From an uncultured delta proteobacterium (GTDB taxonomy: Bacteria; Desulfobacterota; Binatia; UBA9968): a DNA stretch of 64,000 nucleotides. Under the pieces are notes generated by a model, which saw only the letters and a list, made by a program, of their open reading frames with translations, was not told the DNA's origin and made no database searches. Position 1 is the first letter of the stretch. Every line of letters starts with the position of its first letter. This document shows, piece after piece, positions 19,999-29,296 of this stretch. Where the stretch lies: NCBI GenBank assembly GCA_963745835.1, contig CAVUZH010000016.1, forward strand, positions 96,001-160,000, read 5' to 3'. A program made the position numbers and the translations under genes.

Positions 19999-20027
19999 TT
20001 GACCTTGCTAGTCTGGACTATTATGGA
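19999..20027 (+). promoter_or_regulatory. Putative promoter of the formate dehydrogenase operon with palindrome TAGTC-TG-GACTA in the spacer
   Basis: TTGACC at 19999 and palindrome at 20009-20020; the -10 is weak. Confidence 0.4.
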
Positions 20028-20031
20028 TATC

Positions 20032-20182
20032 TAGTCAGGCTGCTGAAAACGTCTCATAGGATGCGTGCGCTCGCCCGACCCTGTTCAACGTACTGAAGCG
20101 TACGCTTCAGCTCATCAAACTTCGTAGCCTTGCCGCTGAAGTTTGGAGCAGCTTGCATTCAGAGTTTTTGAGCGATCTGCTA
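20032..20182. repeat. MITE/REP-like palindromic element, copy B (inverted, diverged)
   Basis: CAGGCTGCTGAAAA...TCAACGTAC-N-GTACGC...GAGCAGCTTGCATTC...TTTTTGAGCGATCTGCTA is colinear with the reverse complement of 9488-9642. Confidence 0.6.
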
Positions 20183-20249
20183 AAGCAGCGACGCACTTCA
20201 GATCGATCCTGGCAGTAAAACTACACCCGCGTCTGGTAGACTAGACTAG

Positions 20250-21974
20250 ATGACTGAAGCTGATCTCATTCGCCTGCGCTCGGTACTCACCGAGTTGGCG
20301 CCGCAAGGGCGCGCTGCGCTCCTGCCGGCGTTGCACCTTGCACAGCAATTCCACGGCTGGTTGCCCGAAGCCGTTGCTGCGGAAGTCGGCCGCGCCTTGG
20401 GCGTGCCGCTCGCCGACGTGTATGGCGTTATCGATTTCTACCAGATGTTCTCCCGGCAGCCGATGGGCCGAACCGTCGCACGTGTCTGCAGCGCGCCTGT
20501 CTGCGCCCTCGCAGGAGCCGATGAGGTGACGAACGCCCTGTGCCGCCATCTGAACGTCGTCCCGGGCGAAATCAGCTCGGATGGTGAGTTCACCGTCGAG
20601 CACGCTCCCTGCCTCGGCTTATGCGATCACGCGCCGGCTGTGCTTATTGACGAAGCTGCCGTTGGACGTGCTGATCCCCAGCGCGCGCCCACGATCCACA
20701 CGCGCGGCGGCCAGAGACCGATCAGCTTCATCGGCGGCGATATTCGGATCCTCACCGGCAATTGCGGTCAAGGTCATCCCACTTCATTTACCGATTACAG
20801 CAGCGGCGGCGGTTATGCGGGATTGAAAAAAGCTTTGACGATGACGCCACAAGACGTGATTGCGGAGGTGAAGGCCGCGGGCTTGGTGGGCCGCGGCGGC
20901 GCGGCATTTCCAACCGGCATCAAATGGGAAGGAGCGGCCAAGGCGGCCGGCGAACCCAAGTACATCGTGTGCAATGCCGACGAATCCGAGCCTGGGACGT
21001 TCAAAGACCGCATTCTCATGGAGGAGGACCCGCACCGTACCCTTGAAGGCATGATCATCGCGGCCCATGCCGTGGGTGCGCGTCACGGCTACATCTACAT
21101 TCGCGGAGAATATCCCTACGCATTTAAAGTTGTCGGCGATGCGCTGGGCGAGGCGCGGCAGGCCGGCGTTATCGGCAAAAACATTTTCGGCTCCGGGTTG
21201 GACTTCGATATCGAAATGCGGCTGGGCGCCGGCGCCTATATTTGTGGGGAAGAAACCGCGCTGCTGGAATCCATCGAGGGTAAGCGCGGTTTTCCGCGCA
21301 TCAAGCCGCCGTTTCCGACCACCCACGGGTTGTTTGGCAAACCGACTGTGATCAACAATGTGGAGACTTTTTGCAACGTCCCACTGATTTTCCAAGGCGG
21401 CGCCGCCGAGTACCGCAAGACAGGCACACAACGCTCGCCCGGTCCCAAACTGTTTTGCGTGTCGGGGCAGATACAAAGACCCGGGCTGTACGAAGTGCCG
21501 TTTGGCGTTACCTTGCGCCATTTGCTGTTTGAGCTGGCGGGCGGGCTGGAGCAGGGGCGCAAACTTCAAGCCGTGCTCATGGGCGGCGCTGCGGGCGCGT
21601 TCGCCACTGAGAAAGACTTGGATGTGATCTTATCGTTTGAGAATCTGAGCGCCGCCGGCTTGCCGCTCGGCTCCGGCGCGGTAATGGTCTTCGACGACAG
21701 CGCCGACATGCGCGACGTGCTGAAGCGCCTGGGGCACTTTTTTGCCGACGAAAGCTGCGGCAAATGCTATCCCTGCCAGCTCGGCACGCAGCGACAGCAT
21801 GAAATTCTCGACCGCGCCGCTGCCGGAGCTGCCGTTGCCGGCGACCGGGAACGGTTATCGGATGTCGGCGGCACGATGATCGATGCGTCCCTGTGCGGCC
21901 TGGGCCAGACGGCGGCGACGGCGGTGTTGAGCGCCATGAAGCTATGGCCGGAGATGTTTGATGGCAAGAAGTAG
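20250..21974 (+). CDS. Fused NuoE+NuoF-like diaphorase subunit of NAD-dependent formate dehydrogenase
   Basis: N-terminal 2Fe-2S thioredoxin-like CSAPVC...CLGLC; GRGGAAFPTG, NADESEPGTFKDR, GAGAYICGEET, ESCGKCYPC, SLCGLG. Confidence 0.9.
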   Translation: MTEADLIRLRSVLTELAPQGRAALLPALHLAQQFHGWLPEAVAAEVGRALGVPLADVYGVIDFYQMFSRQPMGRTVARVCSAPVCALAGADEVTNALCRHLNVVPGEISSDGEFTVEHAPCLGLCDHAPAVLIDEAAVGRADPQRAPTIHTRGGQRPISFIGGDIRILTGNCGQGHPTSFTDYSSGGGYAGLKKALTMTPQDVIAEVKAAGLVGRGGAAFPTGIKWEGAAKAAGEPKYIVCNADESEPGTFKDRILMEEDPHRTLEGMIIAAHAVGARHGYIYIRGEYPYAFKVVGDALGEARQAGVIGKNIFGSGLDFDIEMRLGAGAYICGEETALLESIEGKRGFPRIKPPFPTTHGLFGKPTVINNVETFCNVPLIFQGGAAEYRKTGTQRSPGPKLFCVSGQIQRPGLYEVPFGVTLRHLLFELAGGLEQGRKLQAVLMGGAAGAFATEKDLDVILSFENLSAAGLPLGSGAVMVFDDSADMRDVLKRLGHFFADESCGKCYPCQLGTQRQHEILDRAAAGAAVAGDRERLSDVGGTMIDASLCGLGQTAATAVLSAMKLWPEMFDGKK

Positions 21975-21986
21975 CGTCTTGAAAGC

Positions 21987-22043
21987 GGAGTGATGGAGTA
22001 TTGGAGTGATGCGAGCCCAATACTCCACCACTCCAATACTCCA
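21987..22043. repeat. 8-nt periodic hairpin (GGAGT(G/A)(A/T)T)x3 with inverted arm
   Basis: ggagtgatggagtattggagtgat ... ccaatactccaccactccaatactcca. Confidence 0.75.
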
Positions 22044-22053
22044 GAGGCAATTT

Positions 22054-22756
22054 ATGGCTGATGTAACTCTTATTATCGACGGCAAGTCCGTCACTGTTCC
22101 TGACGGCACGACGATCCTCAAGGCGGCGGAAAAAGCCGGGCGGCAAATTCCCACTATATGCTACCACGATCATTGCACGGCCAACGGGCTTTGCCGCATC
22201 TGCGTGGTCGAAGTCGACGGCGTAAAGCCGCTTGTCCCTGCCTGTCTGAGCCGGGCGAGCGAAGGCATGAAGGTCACTACCTCGAGCACGCGCGCCGAGC
22301 GCAGCCGCCGGACAATCCTGGAGATGCTCGCGTCGGCCGTGGATCTTTCTGAGGCGCCGGAGATCCAAAAGTTTATCGACTGCTTATCGCGCCGACACCG
22401 CGCGCTTTCCCGATGCCGAGCGGCGCGAGTATCCGGTGCTCGATGACAACCCGATGTATCTCCGCGACTACTCCAAATGCATCCTGTGCTGGCGCTGCGT
22501 TCAGGTGTGTGCCGACGATGCGCAGTTTACCTACGCGATCAACTTCAAAGGGCGCGGTTTTGACACCGGCATCGGCACCTTCTTTGACAAGCCGATGCCT
22601 GAAACAACCTGCGTATTTTGCGGCCAGTGCGTCGGCGTCTGCCCCACCGGCGCGCTCAAGCCCAAGCGCGAGTCGCTGCTCGAGCAGGGCCTTTCGTTGG
22701 ATGAAATCATGCAGGCGACCAGGGGCGGAAAGAAACGCCGGAGGAAGTCACCATGA
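22054..22756 (+). CDS. NuoG/FdsA N-terminal-like Fe-S subunit (2Fe-2S plus 2x4Fe-4S); one +1 frameshift near 22381
   Basis: IPTICY...[10 protein letters not shown]...PAC, then after removing one base [22 protein letters not shown]...[23 protein letters not shown]. Confidence 0.82.
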
Positions 22757-24918
22757 TTACACCGGATCGGATCGTCCCGACCACCTGCCCCTACTGCGGC
22801 GTGGGATGCAATCTGGAGCTGCACATCAAAGACGATTTCGTTTACAAAGTGACCTCGCCGTTTGACGCGGTCGTGAATCACGGCAACCTGTGCGTCAAAG
22901 GACGCTTCGGTTACGATTTTGTTTACAACAAGGACCGGATGACCACGCCGCTCATTCGCAAGACTGCGCAGGAGCCCGGGAGCGCGCACCCAGGCCTTCG
23001 ACCGCGACCAGTGGCGCGAGGTATCGTGGGACGAGGCCCTCGATTATACCACTGAGCGGCTGGTCGAGATTTACCAGCGGGATGGCGCCGATGCGATGGC
23101 GGTCTACTGCTGCGCCAAGGCAACCAACGAAGACAACTATCTCCTGCAAAAGCTGTTTCGCGCGCTGTTCCGCAGCAATAACGTCGATCACTGCACCCGA
23201 TTGTGCCATGCGGGCTCGGTGGTGGCGCTGCAAATGGCGCTCGGCTCCTCCGGCGATGAGCAACACCGCCGCCGAAGTCATTCACAGCGACGTTTTTCTC
23301 GTTACCGGCTCCAACACCGCCGAGACCCATCCGATCATTGCGCTGCAAATGAAAGCGGCGGTGGCCAACCACGGCGCCAAGCTCATCGTCGTCGATCCGC
23401 GACGAGTTGAGATGGTCAACTGGGCCGCGCTCTGGCTGCCGGAGAAGCCCGGCACCGACGTACCGCTCTTTTCCGCGATGGCGCATGTCATCATCAAGGA
23501 AGGACTTTATAACCGCGATTTCATCGAACGGCGCACCGAAGGCTTCGCAGAGTTCGTTAGGTCAATGGAAAAATTCACCCCCGAGTACGCCGAATCGATT
23601 TCCGGCGTGGACCGCAATCTCATCGTCGAAGCCGCCCGGATGTATGCGACGGCAAAGAACGCGGCGATCTATTGGGCGCTGGGCATTCCCGAGCATTCGC
23701 ACGGAACCGACAACGCGATGTCGCTGATTCATCTCGCGCTGCTCACCGGCCATATCGGCCGCCAAGGGCACCGGCCTCAATCCCTTGCGCGGGCAGAACA
23801 ACGTGCAGGGTGCATCGGATTCCGGCGCCATGCCATGGCACTATCCCGGTTATCAGAGAGTCGACGACGAGGCGGCCGCAAGTAAATTTGAGCACGCTTG
23901 GAACAGCGAGCCCGGTAGCTTAAACCGCAAGCTGGGACTGACGACCACAGAAATCATGAGCGCGGTGGGACCAGGCGGCGTGCGCGCTCTTCACATCATG
24001 GGCGAGAATCCGATGATGTCCGAGCCCAACCTGAACCACACGCGCCACAAGATGGAACAATTGGAGTTCCTGGTGGCGCAGGACTTGTTCATCAATGAGT
24101 CCGGCGCGTATGCCGACGTCTTTTTGCCGGCGGCTTCATGGGCGGAGAAGGAAGGGACTTTTACCAACACGGACCGGCGCGTCCAGCGCGTGCGCAAGGC
24201 GCTGGAGCCGCGCGGCCAATCCCGATCCGATTGGCAGATCATCTGTGATCTTGCTGAGCGCATTGAAAAGAAGCTCGGCCGCCCGCAGACAGCCTTTTGG
24301 GCATACAAGAGTCCCGCCGAAGTGCTCGAAGAGATGGGACGTGTGGTTCCTGAATACGCCGGAGTGAAATATCGGCGCATCGAAAATCAGGGCTTACAGA
24401 CGCCGGTGTGGGATGACGATCATCCCGGCACTCCCTATCTATTCGCCGAGACTTTCCCAAGCGGCAAGGGTAAGTTCCACCCGCTTGAGTACGTGCCGTC
24501 TGTGGAAATGCCGGATGACGAATACCCGTTCATCCTCACCACCGGACGCCTGCTCGAGCACTGGCACGGCGGCACGCTCACGCGCCATTCGAAGCTCGAC
24601 GAGCTTTATCCGGAGGCGCGCATTGAGATCAATCCTGCGGATGCTGCCCGCCTCAGGATCGAAGATGGACAGACGGTGCGGGTCTCGTCGCGGCGCGGTT
24701 CCATCGTTCTGCGCGCTTGGGTGACACAGCGGGCGACTGTGGGTGTGGTCTTCATCCCTATGCATTTCGCCGAGGCTGCCGCCAATCTGCTCACCATCGA
24801 CACCCTGGATCCCGTAGCTAAGATTCCCGAATACAAAGCCTGCGCGGTGCGCGTCGTACCCGCTACGGAAGACCAATTAGTCAGGCCCGAGGGGAAAGTT
24901 CAAAGAGGTAGATACTAA
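22753..24918 (+). CDS. fdhF: Formate dehydrogenase alpha (Mo/W-bisPGD) subunit, Cys-type; three +1 frameshifts near 22981, 23252 and 23766
   Basis: [58 protein letters not shown] spread over successive frames. Confidence 0.85.
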
Positions 24919-25015
24919 CGTCACGAACGGGACGAGCATCAACCTCGGTGACCCCGGTGAAAGTTACCGCGACGAAGTCTGATTAAGCCGATTTACCAAA
25001 TCGATAAAGACCGCT

Positions 25016-25085
25016 TACCGCAGAGTCGCGCAGGACACGGAGACGGATTCGTAAAGTGTTCGGCGCTCTGTGCCTCTATGGTGAA
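25016..25085. repeat. Degenerate 9-nt periodic hairpin (accgcagag... / ...ctctgtgcctctatggtga)
   Basis: Imperfect inverted arms between the convergent fdhF and tctA genes. Confidence 0.45.
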
Positions 25086-25192
25086 ATCCCGCTTCTCGCT
25101 TATGGTTAGGGCTTTGCCGCTTCGACAGTTCGTAGCGAAGCCGGATTCTTCCTTTGTGACACCCCTGTCACCCTGAGTCTCTGCACGAATAC

Positions 25193-26713
25193 TTATAGAT
25201 GAGCTGATTCAGGCTTGCGATCAGGTATGCCCCGCATCTTACGCCACCAGGGTGTCAACAACGGCAAAATGAAAAAGAAAATCGCCGCCGCGGTGATCAC
25301 TCCTGAAATAGGCCGGGTGAAAAAGATCGCGAGCGATCCTTGAGACATAATTAGACTTTGCCGCAGGGCATTTTCGGCCATGTCGCCCAGGACGAGCGCC
25401 AGCACCAACGGCGCCAATGGATAGTCGAGTTTTTTAAAGACATAGCCGATGACACCGAAGATCAACATGTACCAGATGTCGATCATGCTGTTGTGCACGG
25501 CGTAAGAGCCGATGGCGCAGATAACGACGATCAGCGGCGTGAGGATCGCAAAAGGAATTCTCAGGATACCGGCAAAGAACGGCACGAAGGCCAGGACAAT
25601 CAGTACGCCGATGACATTCCCCGTATACATGCTGGCAATCAGACCCCAGACGAAATCGGGATTGTCGATGAAGAGCATCGGGCCCGGCTGGAGACCCCAG
25701 ATGATCAGCCCACCTAGCATCACCGCTGCCGTCGGCGAACCTGGGATGCCAAGGGTGATCATCGGCAACATGGCCGCGACGCCTGCCGCATGGGCGGCGG
25801 TCTCAGGCGCCACAATGCCCTCGATCTCGCCCTTGCCGAATCGTTCCGGGTTCTTTGAGAAACGCTTGGCGAAAGCGTAGCTCATGAACGACGCCGGCGT
25901 AGCGCCGCCGGGCTTGAAACCCATCCAGAAGCCGATAATGGAGCTACGTACGAATGTCCGGTAAAAGCGCGGTAAGACTTTCCAGGTATCGAGCACGACG
26001 CGCAGGTTCATGACCGTCTTTGCCCCTTGGAAGCGCAGTCCCTCTTCGACGCTGAGCAAAATTTCGCCGATGCCGAATAACCCAATAACTGCGATGATGA
26101 AGTCAAAGCCCTTCATCAGATCAGTGAAGCCGTAGGTGAGCCTGAGCTGGCCCGTCACGATATCCAACCCAACCGTCGAGAGCATGAAGCCGATGAGAAT
26201 CGTGGCTAACGACTTGAGCGGATTTCCCCCGCCCAGCCCGACGAAACTTGAAAACGTCAGGAGTTGGATCGCGAAAAACTCGGGCGGCCCGAACTTCAGC
26301 GCAACCTCGGCCAAGAGCGGCGCGAAAAACGTGATCAGCACGATTGAGAAGAAAGCACCGACAAACGAAGAGCTAAAGGCAGCCGTAAGCGCCTCCCCAC
26401 TCCTGCCCTCCTTGGCCAGCGGATAGCCGTCGAATGTCGTCGCCACCGACCACGGCTCGCCCGGAATATTGAAGAGCACTGACGTGATCGCGCCGCCGAA
26501 TAAAGCGCCCCAGTAAATACACGTCAGCAGGATGATGGCCGAAGTCGGCGGCATAGTGAAAGTAAGCGGCAGGAGAATCGCGACGCCGTTAGCGCCTCCG
26601 AGGCCGGGCAGTACGCCGATGATGGTGCCAAGCAAGATGCCCACCACCGCCATAAAAAGATTAAAAGGCGTTATCGCAATCTGGAAGCCAAGGAAAAGAT
26701 TCTCAAGTCCCAC
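25193..26713 (-). CDS. tctA: Tripartite tricarboxylate transporter large permease
   Basis: GVLPGLGG, NIPGEP, APETA, LGIPGS, GLQPGP. Confidence 0.92.
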   Translation of the reverse strand: MGLENLFLGFQIAITPFNLFMAVVGILLGTIIGVLPGLGGANGVAILLPLTFTMPPTSAIILLTCIYWGALFGGAITSVLFNIPGEPWSVATTFDGYPLAKEGRSGEALTAAFSSSFVGAFFSIVLITFFAPLLAEVALKFGPPEFFAIQLLTFSSFVGLGGGNPLKSLATILIGFMLSTVGLDIVTGQLRLTYGFTDLMKGFDFIIAVIGLFGIGEILLSVEEGLRFQGAKTVMNLRVVLDTWKVLPRFYRTFVRSSIIGFWMGFKPGGATPASFMSYAFAKRFSKNPERFGKGEIEGIVAPETAAHAAGVAAMLPMITLGIPGSPTAAVMLGGLIIWGLQPGPMLFIDNPDFVWGLIASMYTGNVIGVLIVLAFVPFFAGILRIPFAILTPLIVVICAIGSYAVHNSMIDIWYMLIFGVIGYVFKKLDYPLAPLVLALVLGDMAENALRQSLIMSQGSLAIFFTRPISGVITAAAIFFFILPLLTPWWRKMRGIPDRKPESAHL

Positions 26714-26716
26714 GAC

Positions 26717-27196
26717 TCAGTACCCGAACCAGGCCTCGACCGGCCCCTTGGGCATCGGCACCAGGAACCAGGTCTCGAAAATGAGGAATGTGATAACCGG
26801 GACGGATGTGGCGAGCGCCACGACGGTCCGCCAGTCGTGGCGCCCAACCCAGCGCATGTAAAAACCGAGATAAAGACCCGCCGCAACATAGAGTCCAAGC
26901 CCGGACCACGGACCCGGCGGATCGGTGAGGATGACGAAGCCGGCCAGAGGACCCAGTACCTGGAGAACCGGCACAAACCGGTCTCGCGTGACGAAAGGTT
27001 CTCCGGATCGCTTTCGTAAAGCTTGCAAGAATAATACTATGCTGACCAGCGCCAGGAGGACGGCAAGCCAGAACGGGAAGAAACCGCTCTGAGGCCCTTC
27101 GGCCCCCCAACCGAAGCCGAGGCGCAGAGCGTCATAGATCACTATGGCGCTCAAGAGCATCAGCAGCGCGGCGGTCATGCTATCGAGAACGCGCAT
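26717..27196 (-). CDS. tctB: Tripartite tricarboxylate transporter small permease
   Basis: Four TM segments, GPQSGFFPFW, LVPMPKG. Confidence 0.88.
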   Translation of the reverse strand: MRVLDSMTAALLMLLSAIVIYDALRLGFGWGAEGPQSGFFPFWLAVLLALVSIVLFLQALRKRSGEPFVTRDRFVPVLQVLGPLAGFVILTDPPGPWSGLGLYVAAGLYLGFYMRWVGRHDWRTVVALATSVPVITFLIFETWFLVPMPKGPVEAWFGY

Positions 27197-27197
27197 G

Positions 27198-28181
27198 CTA
27201 CTTCTTGACCAAACCGCCTTTCTCCATCAGTTCCTTGTGGAGCTTGTCGTTCTCCTCTACCCATTTCACATACTCGCTACCGGTGGCGAAGGCTGGTTTC
27301 AGCGCGCCGGTGCGAAGATAATCCTGGAACTCTTTTGTCTCCGACAGCTTTTTCAAAAAGCCTTGATACCACTCCAACGCGTCTTTAGGCATGTCAGGCG
27401 CCCCAAAGATGCCTCGCAGCATGTTGTAAGAGATGTCCGCACCCAAAGCCTCTTTGATGGTCGGAATTCCACTCCACTCCTTGTCCGGGATACGCTCCGG
27501 GTCGAAAACTGCCAGCGGCCGCACGCGCTTTGCCTTCCAATTGCTCACGCATTCGGCCGGATTATTGACGGTTGAGTCAACGTGGTTGCCGACCAGGTTG
27601 GTACACACCTCACCTCCGCCTTTGAATGGCACATAAGTGAACTTCACTCCCTGGCTCTGCTCCAGCAATACGGTGATGATCTGATCCTCCTGTCTGGATC
27701 CGGTGCCGCCCATCTTCATACCCGGCTTCTGCTTCACGGCCGCTAAGTATTCTTTGGCGCTCTTATAAGGTGTTTCTTCATTGACCCACAGGATGAAACG
27801 ATCAAGGGCCATCCTGGCAACGGGGGTGAAATCGCGCCAGCTGAATGGGGTCCCGGTAGCCAGCGGTGTCGTGAACAGGTTAGACAGGGTTATGATGATC
27901 GTGTGCGCGTCGCCCTTCTTCTCCTTGACATGCAGGAAGCCCTCGGCGCCGGCGCCACCAGCCTTGTTGACGACGATAAAAGGCCGGGGTGAGAGCTTGT
28001 GCTTGTCAGCGAGGCCGGCCATCAAACGCGCCATTTGATCGGCGCCGCCGCCAGTGCCGGCCGGTATCACGAACTCAATGGGCTTGGTCGGCTCCCAAGC
28101 GATTGCTATGGATGGTCCAAGAAGGAGCTGAATGATAAAAGCCGCGGAGATCACAGTACTCAAGCCGCTGATAATTTTCAT
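27198..28181 (-). CDS. tctC: Tripartite tricarboxylate transporter substrate-binding protein
   Basis: Signal peptide, PTKPIEFVIPAGTGGGAD, VNKAGGAG, YVPFKGGGE. Confidence 0.9.
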   Translation of the reverse strand: MKIISGLSTVISAAFIIQLLLGPSIAIAWEPTKPIEFVIPAGTGGGADQMARLMAGLADKHKLSPRPFIVVNKAGGAGAEGFLHVKEKKGDAHTIIITLSNLFTTPLATGTPFSWRDFTPVARMALDRFILWVNEETPYKSAKEYLAAVKQKPGMKMGGTGSRQEDQIITVLLEQSQGVKFTYVPFKGGGEVCTNLVGNHVDSTVNNPAECVSNWKAKRVRPLAVFDPERIPDKEWSGIPTIKEALGADISYNMLRGIFGAPDMPKDALEWYQGFLKKLSETKEFQDYLRTGALKPAFATGSEYVKWVEENDKLHKELMEKGGLVKK

Positions 28182-28406
28182 AGAACCCCCCTTTTTCTGG
28201 TTCAGCTCTGGCTTCGACTAAGACTCAGGCTGTGCTTTAAAGCTGTCACATATCGTTGTCTTTGGCGAGTACGGCTAATCAAAATTCCAGGTGTCAGTCA
28301 AGTGATCGGCCAATGAGGAACGGTCTGACGATTGTTTTTTCTGCTTTGATCCAATAACGTCCCTGTCAATGCGCGGCTTCAAAAAAAGAACGTACCCGCG
28401 GGCGTC

Positions 28407-29225
28407 ATGAAGCGCTTTGGTCAAAGTAGAATCCTACGCTCAGTCCTTGGGCCGGCACTTTTCCTCAGTTGCCTGCTGACTTTTACCTCCGCCTCCTACT
28501 CATCTTGCCGCGACCCCGAAGTTGCGCGCGGCTTCGGGTCTGTCGCTTACGCGGCGAACGTCGACGCTACGATCCAATACTTCGGCCATAATTTTTTCCT
28601 CATCACCACCAGCAGGGGAACGCGCATCGTCACCGACCCTCTGGGACCCGGTTGGTATCCGAACCCGAACGTTGTCGGAGACGTCGTCACCGTCGGCAAA
28701 GAGCAATTCAACCACAATGCCGTTCAGATCGTGATGGGTAACCCGGTGATTTTGCGCGGGCTCAAGAACTATGGCGCGGGTTGGAATACCATCAGCACGA
28801 GCGTCAAAGACGCTTTCATCTATAACGTGCCGATTCATCAGAACGCTGAATTTATCCAGGGTATTCATGGTTCTGCCTTTGTCTTTGATTTGGGAACTTT
28901 GTGCATCGCGCACCTCGGCGACTTGAGCCAAAAACTAAACGATCAACAGATTAAAGCCTTCGGCAAGGTCGATGTCGCGCTCACACCCATCGGCGGCCGG
29001 CGAACGATGGATCCGGAACTCGCTCGCGAAGTTCTGGCTCAGCTCAAACCGAAGATCGCCATTCCGATGCATCATCGCGACAGTCCGTCTCTCGTACAAC
29101 AGTTTAGCGCCGGTATGAGAACGCAGGTGCTGCCAGGGGACACGCTGACGCTTAGCAAAAGCGTTCTGCCTCAGCCGACTGAAATCAAAGTGCTGCAACC
29201 GCGTGGCGCAATGGGCTATCAGTAA
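28407..29225 (+). CDS. Exported metallo-beta-lactamase-fold protein with degenerate metal motif
   Basis: YFGHNFFLI...IVTDP, AHLGDL, PIGG, IPMH; the HxHxDH position reads KEQFNH. Confidence 0.75.
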   Translation: MKRFGQSRILRSVLGPALFLSCLLTFTSASYSSCRDPEVARGFGSVAYAANVDATIQYFGHNFFLITTSRGTRIVTDPLGPGWYPNPNVVGDVVTVGKEQFNHNAVQIVMGNPVILRGLKNYGAGWNTISTSVKDAFIYNVPIHQNAEFIQGIHGSAFVFDLGTLCIAHLGDLSQKLNDQQIKAFGKVDVALTPIGGRRTMDPELAREVLAQLKPKIAIPMHHRDSPSLVQQFSAGMRTQVLPGDTLTLSKSVLPQPTEIKVLQPRGAMGYQ

Positions 29226-29296
29226 TCGGTCGTGTAAGGACGCAATCCTGTTTGTGGGATGAGACCGCGATGCGGCGAACATCACCTGATCTCATT

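Noticed and set aside
22753-24918. Selenocysteine or programmed frameshifting in fdhF
   Set aside because: The active-site codon is Cys (RLCH), and the shift sites have no common slippery motif.
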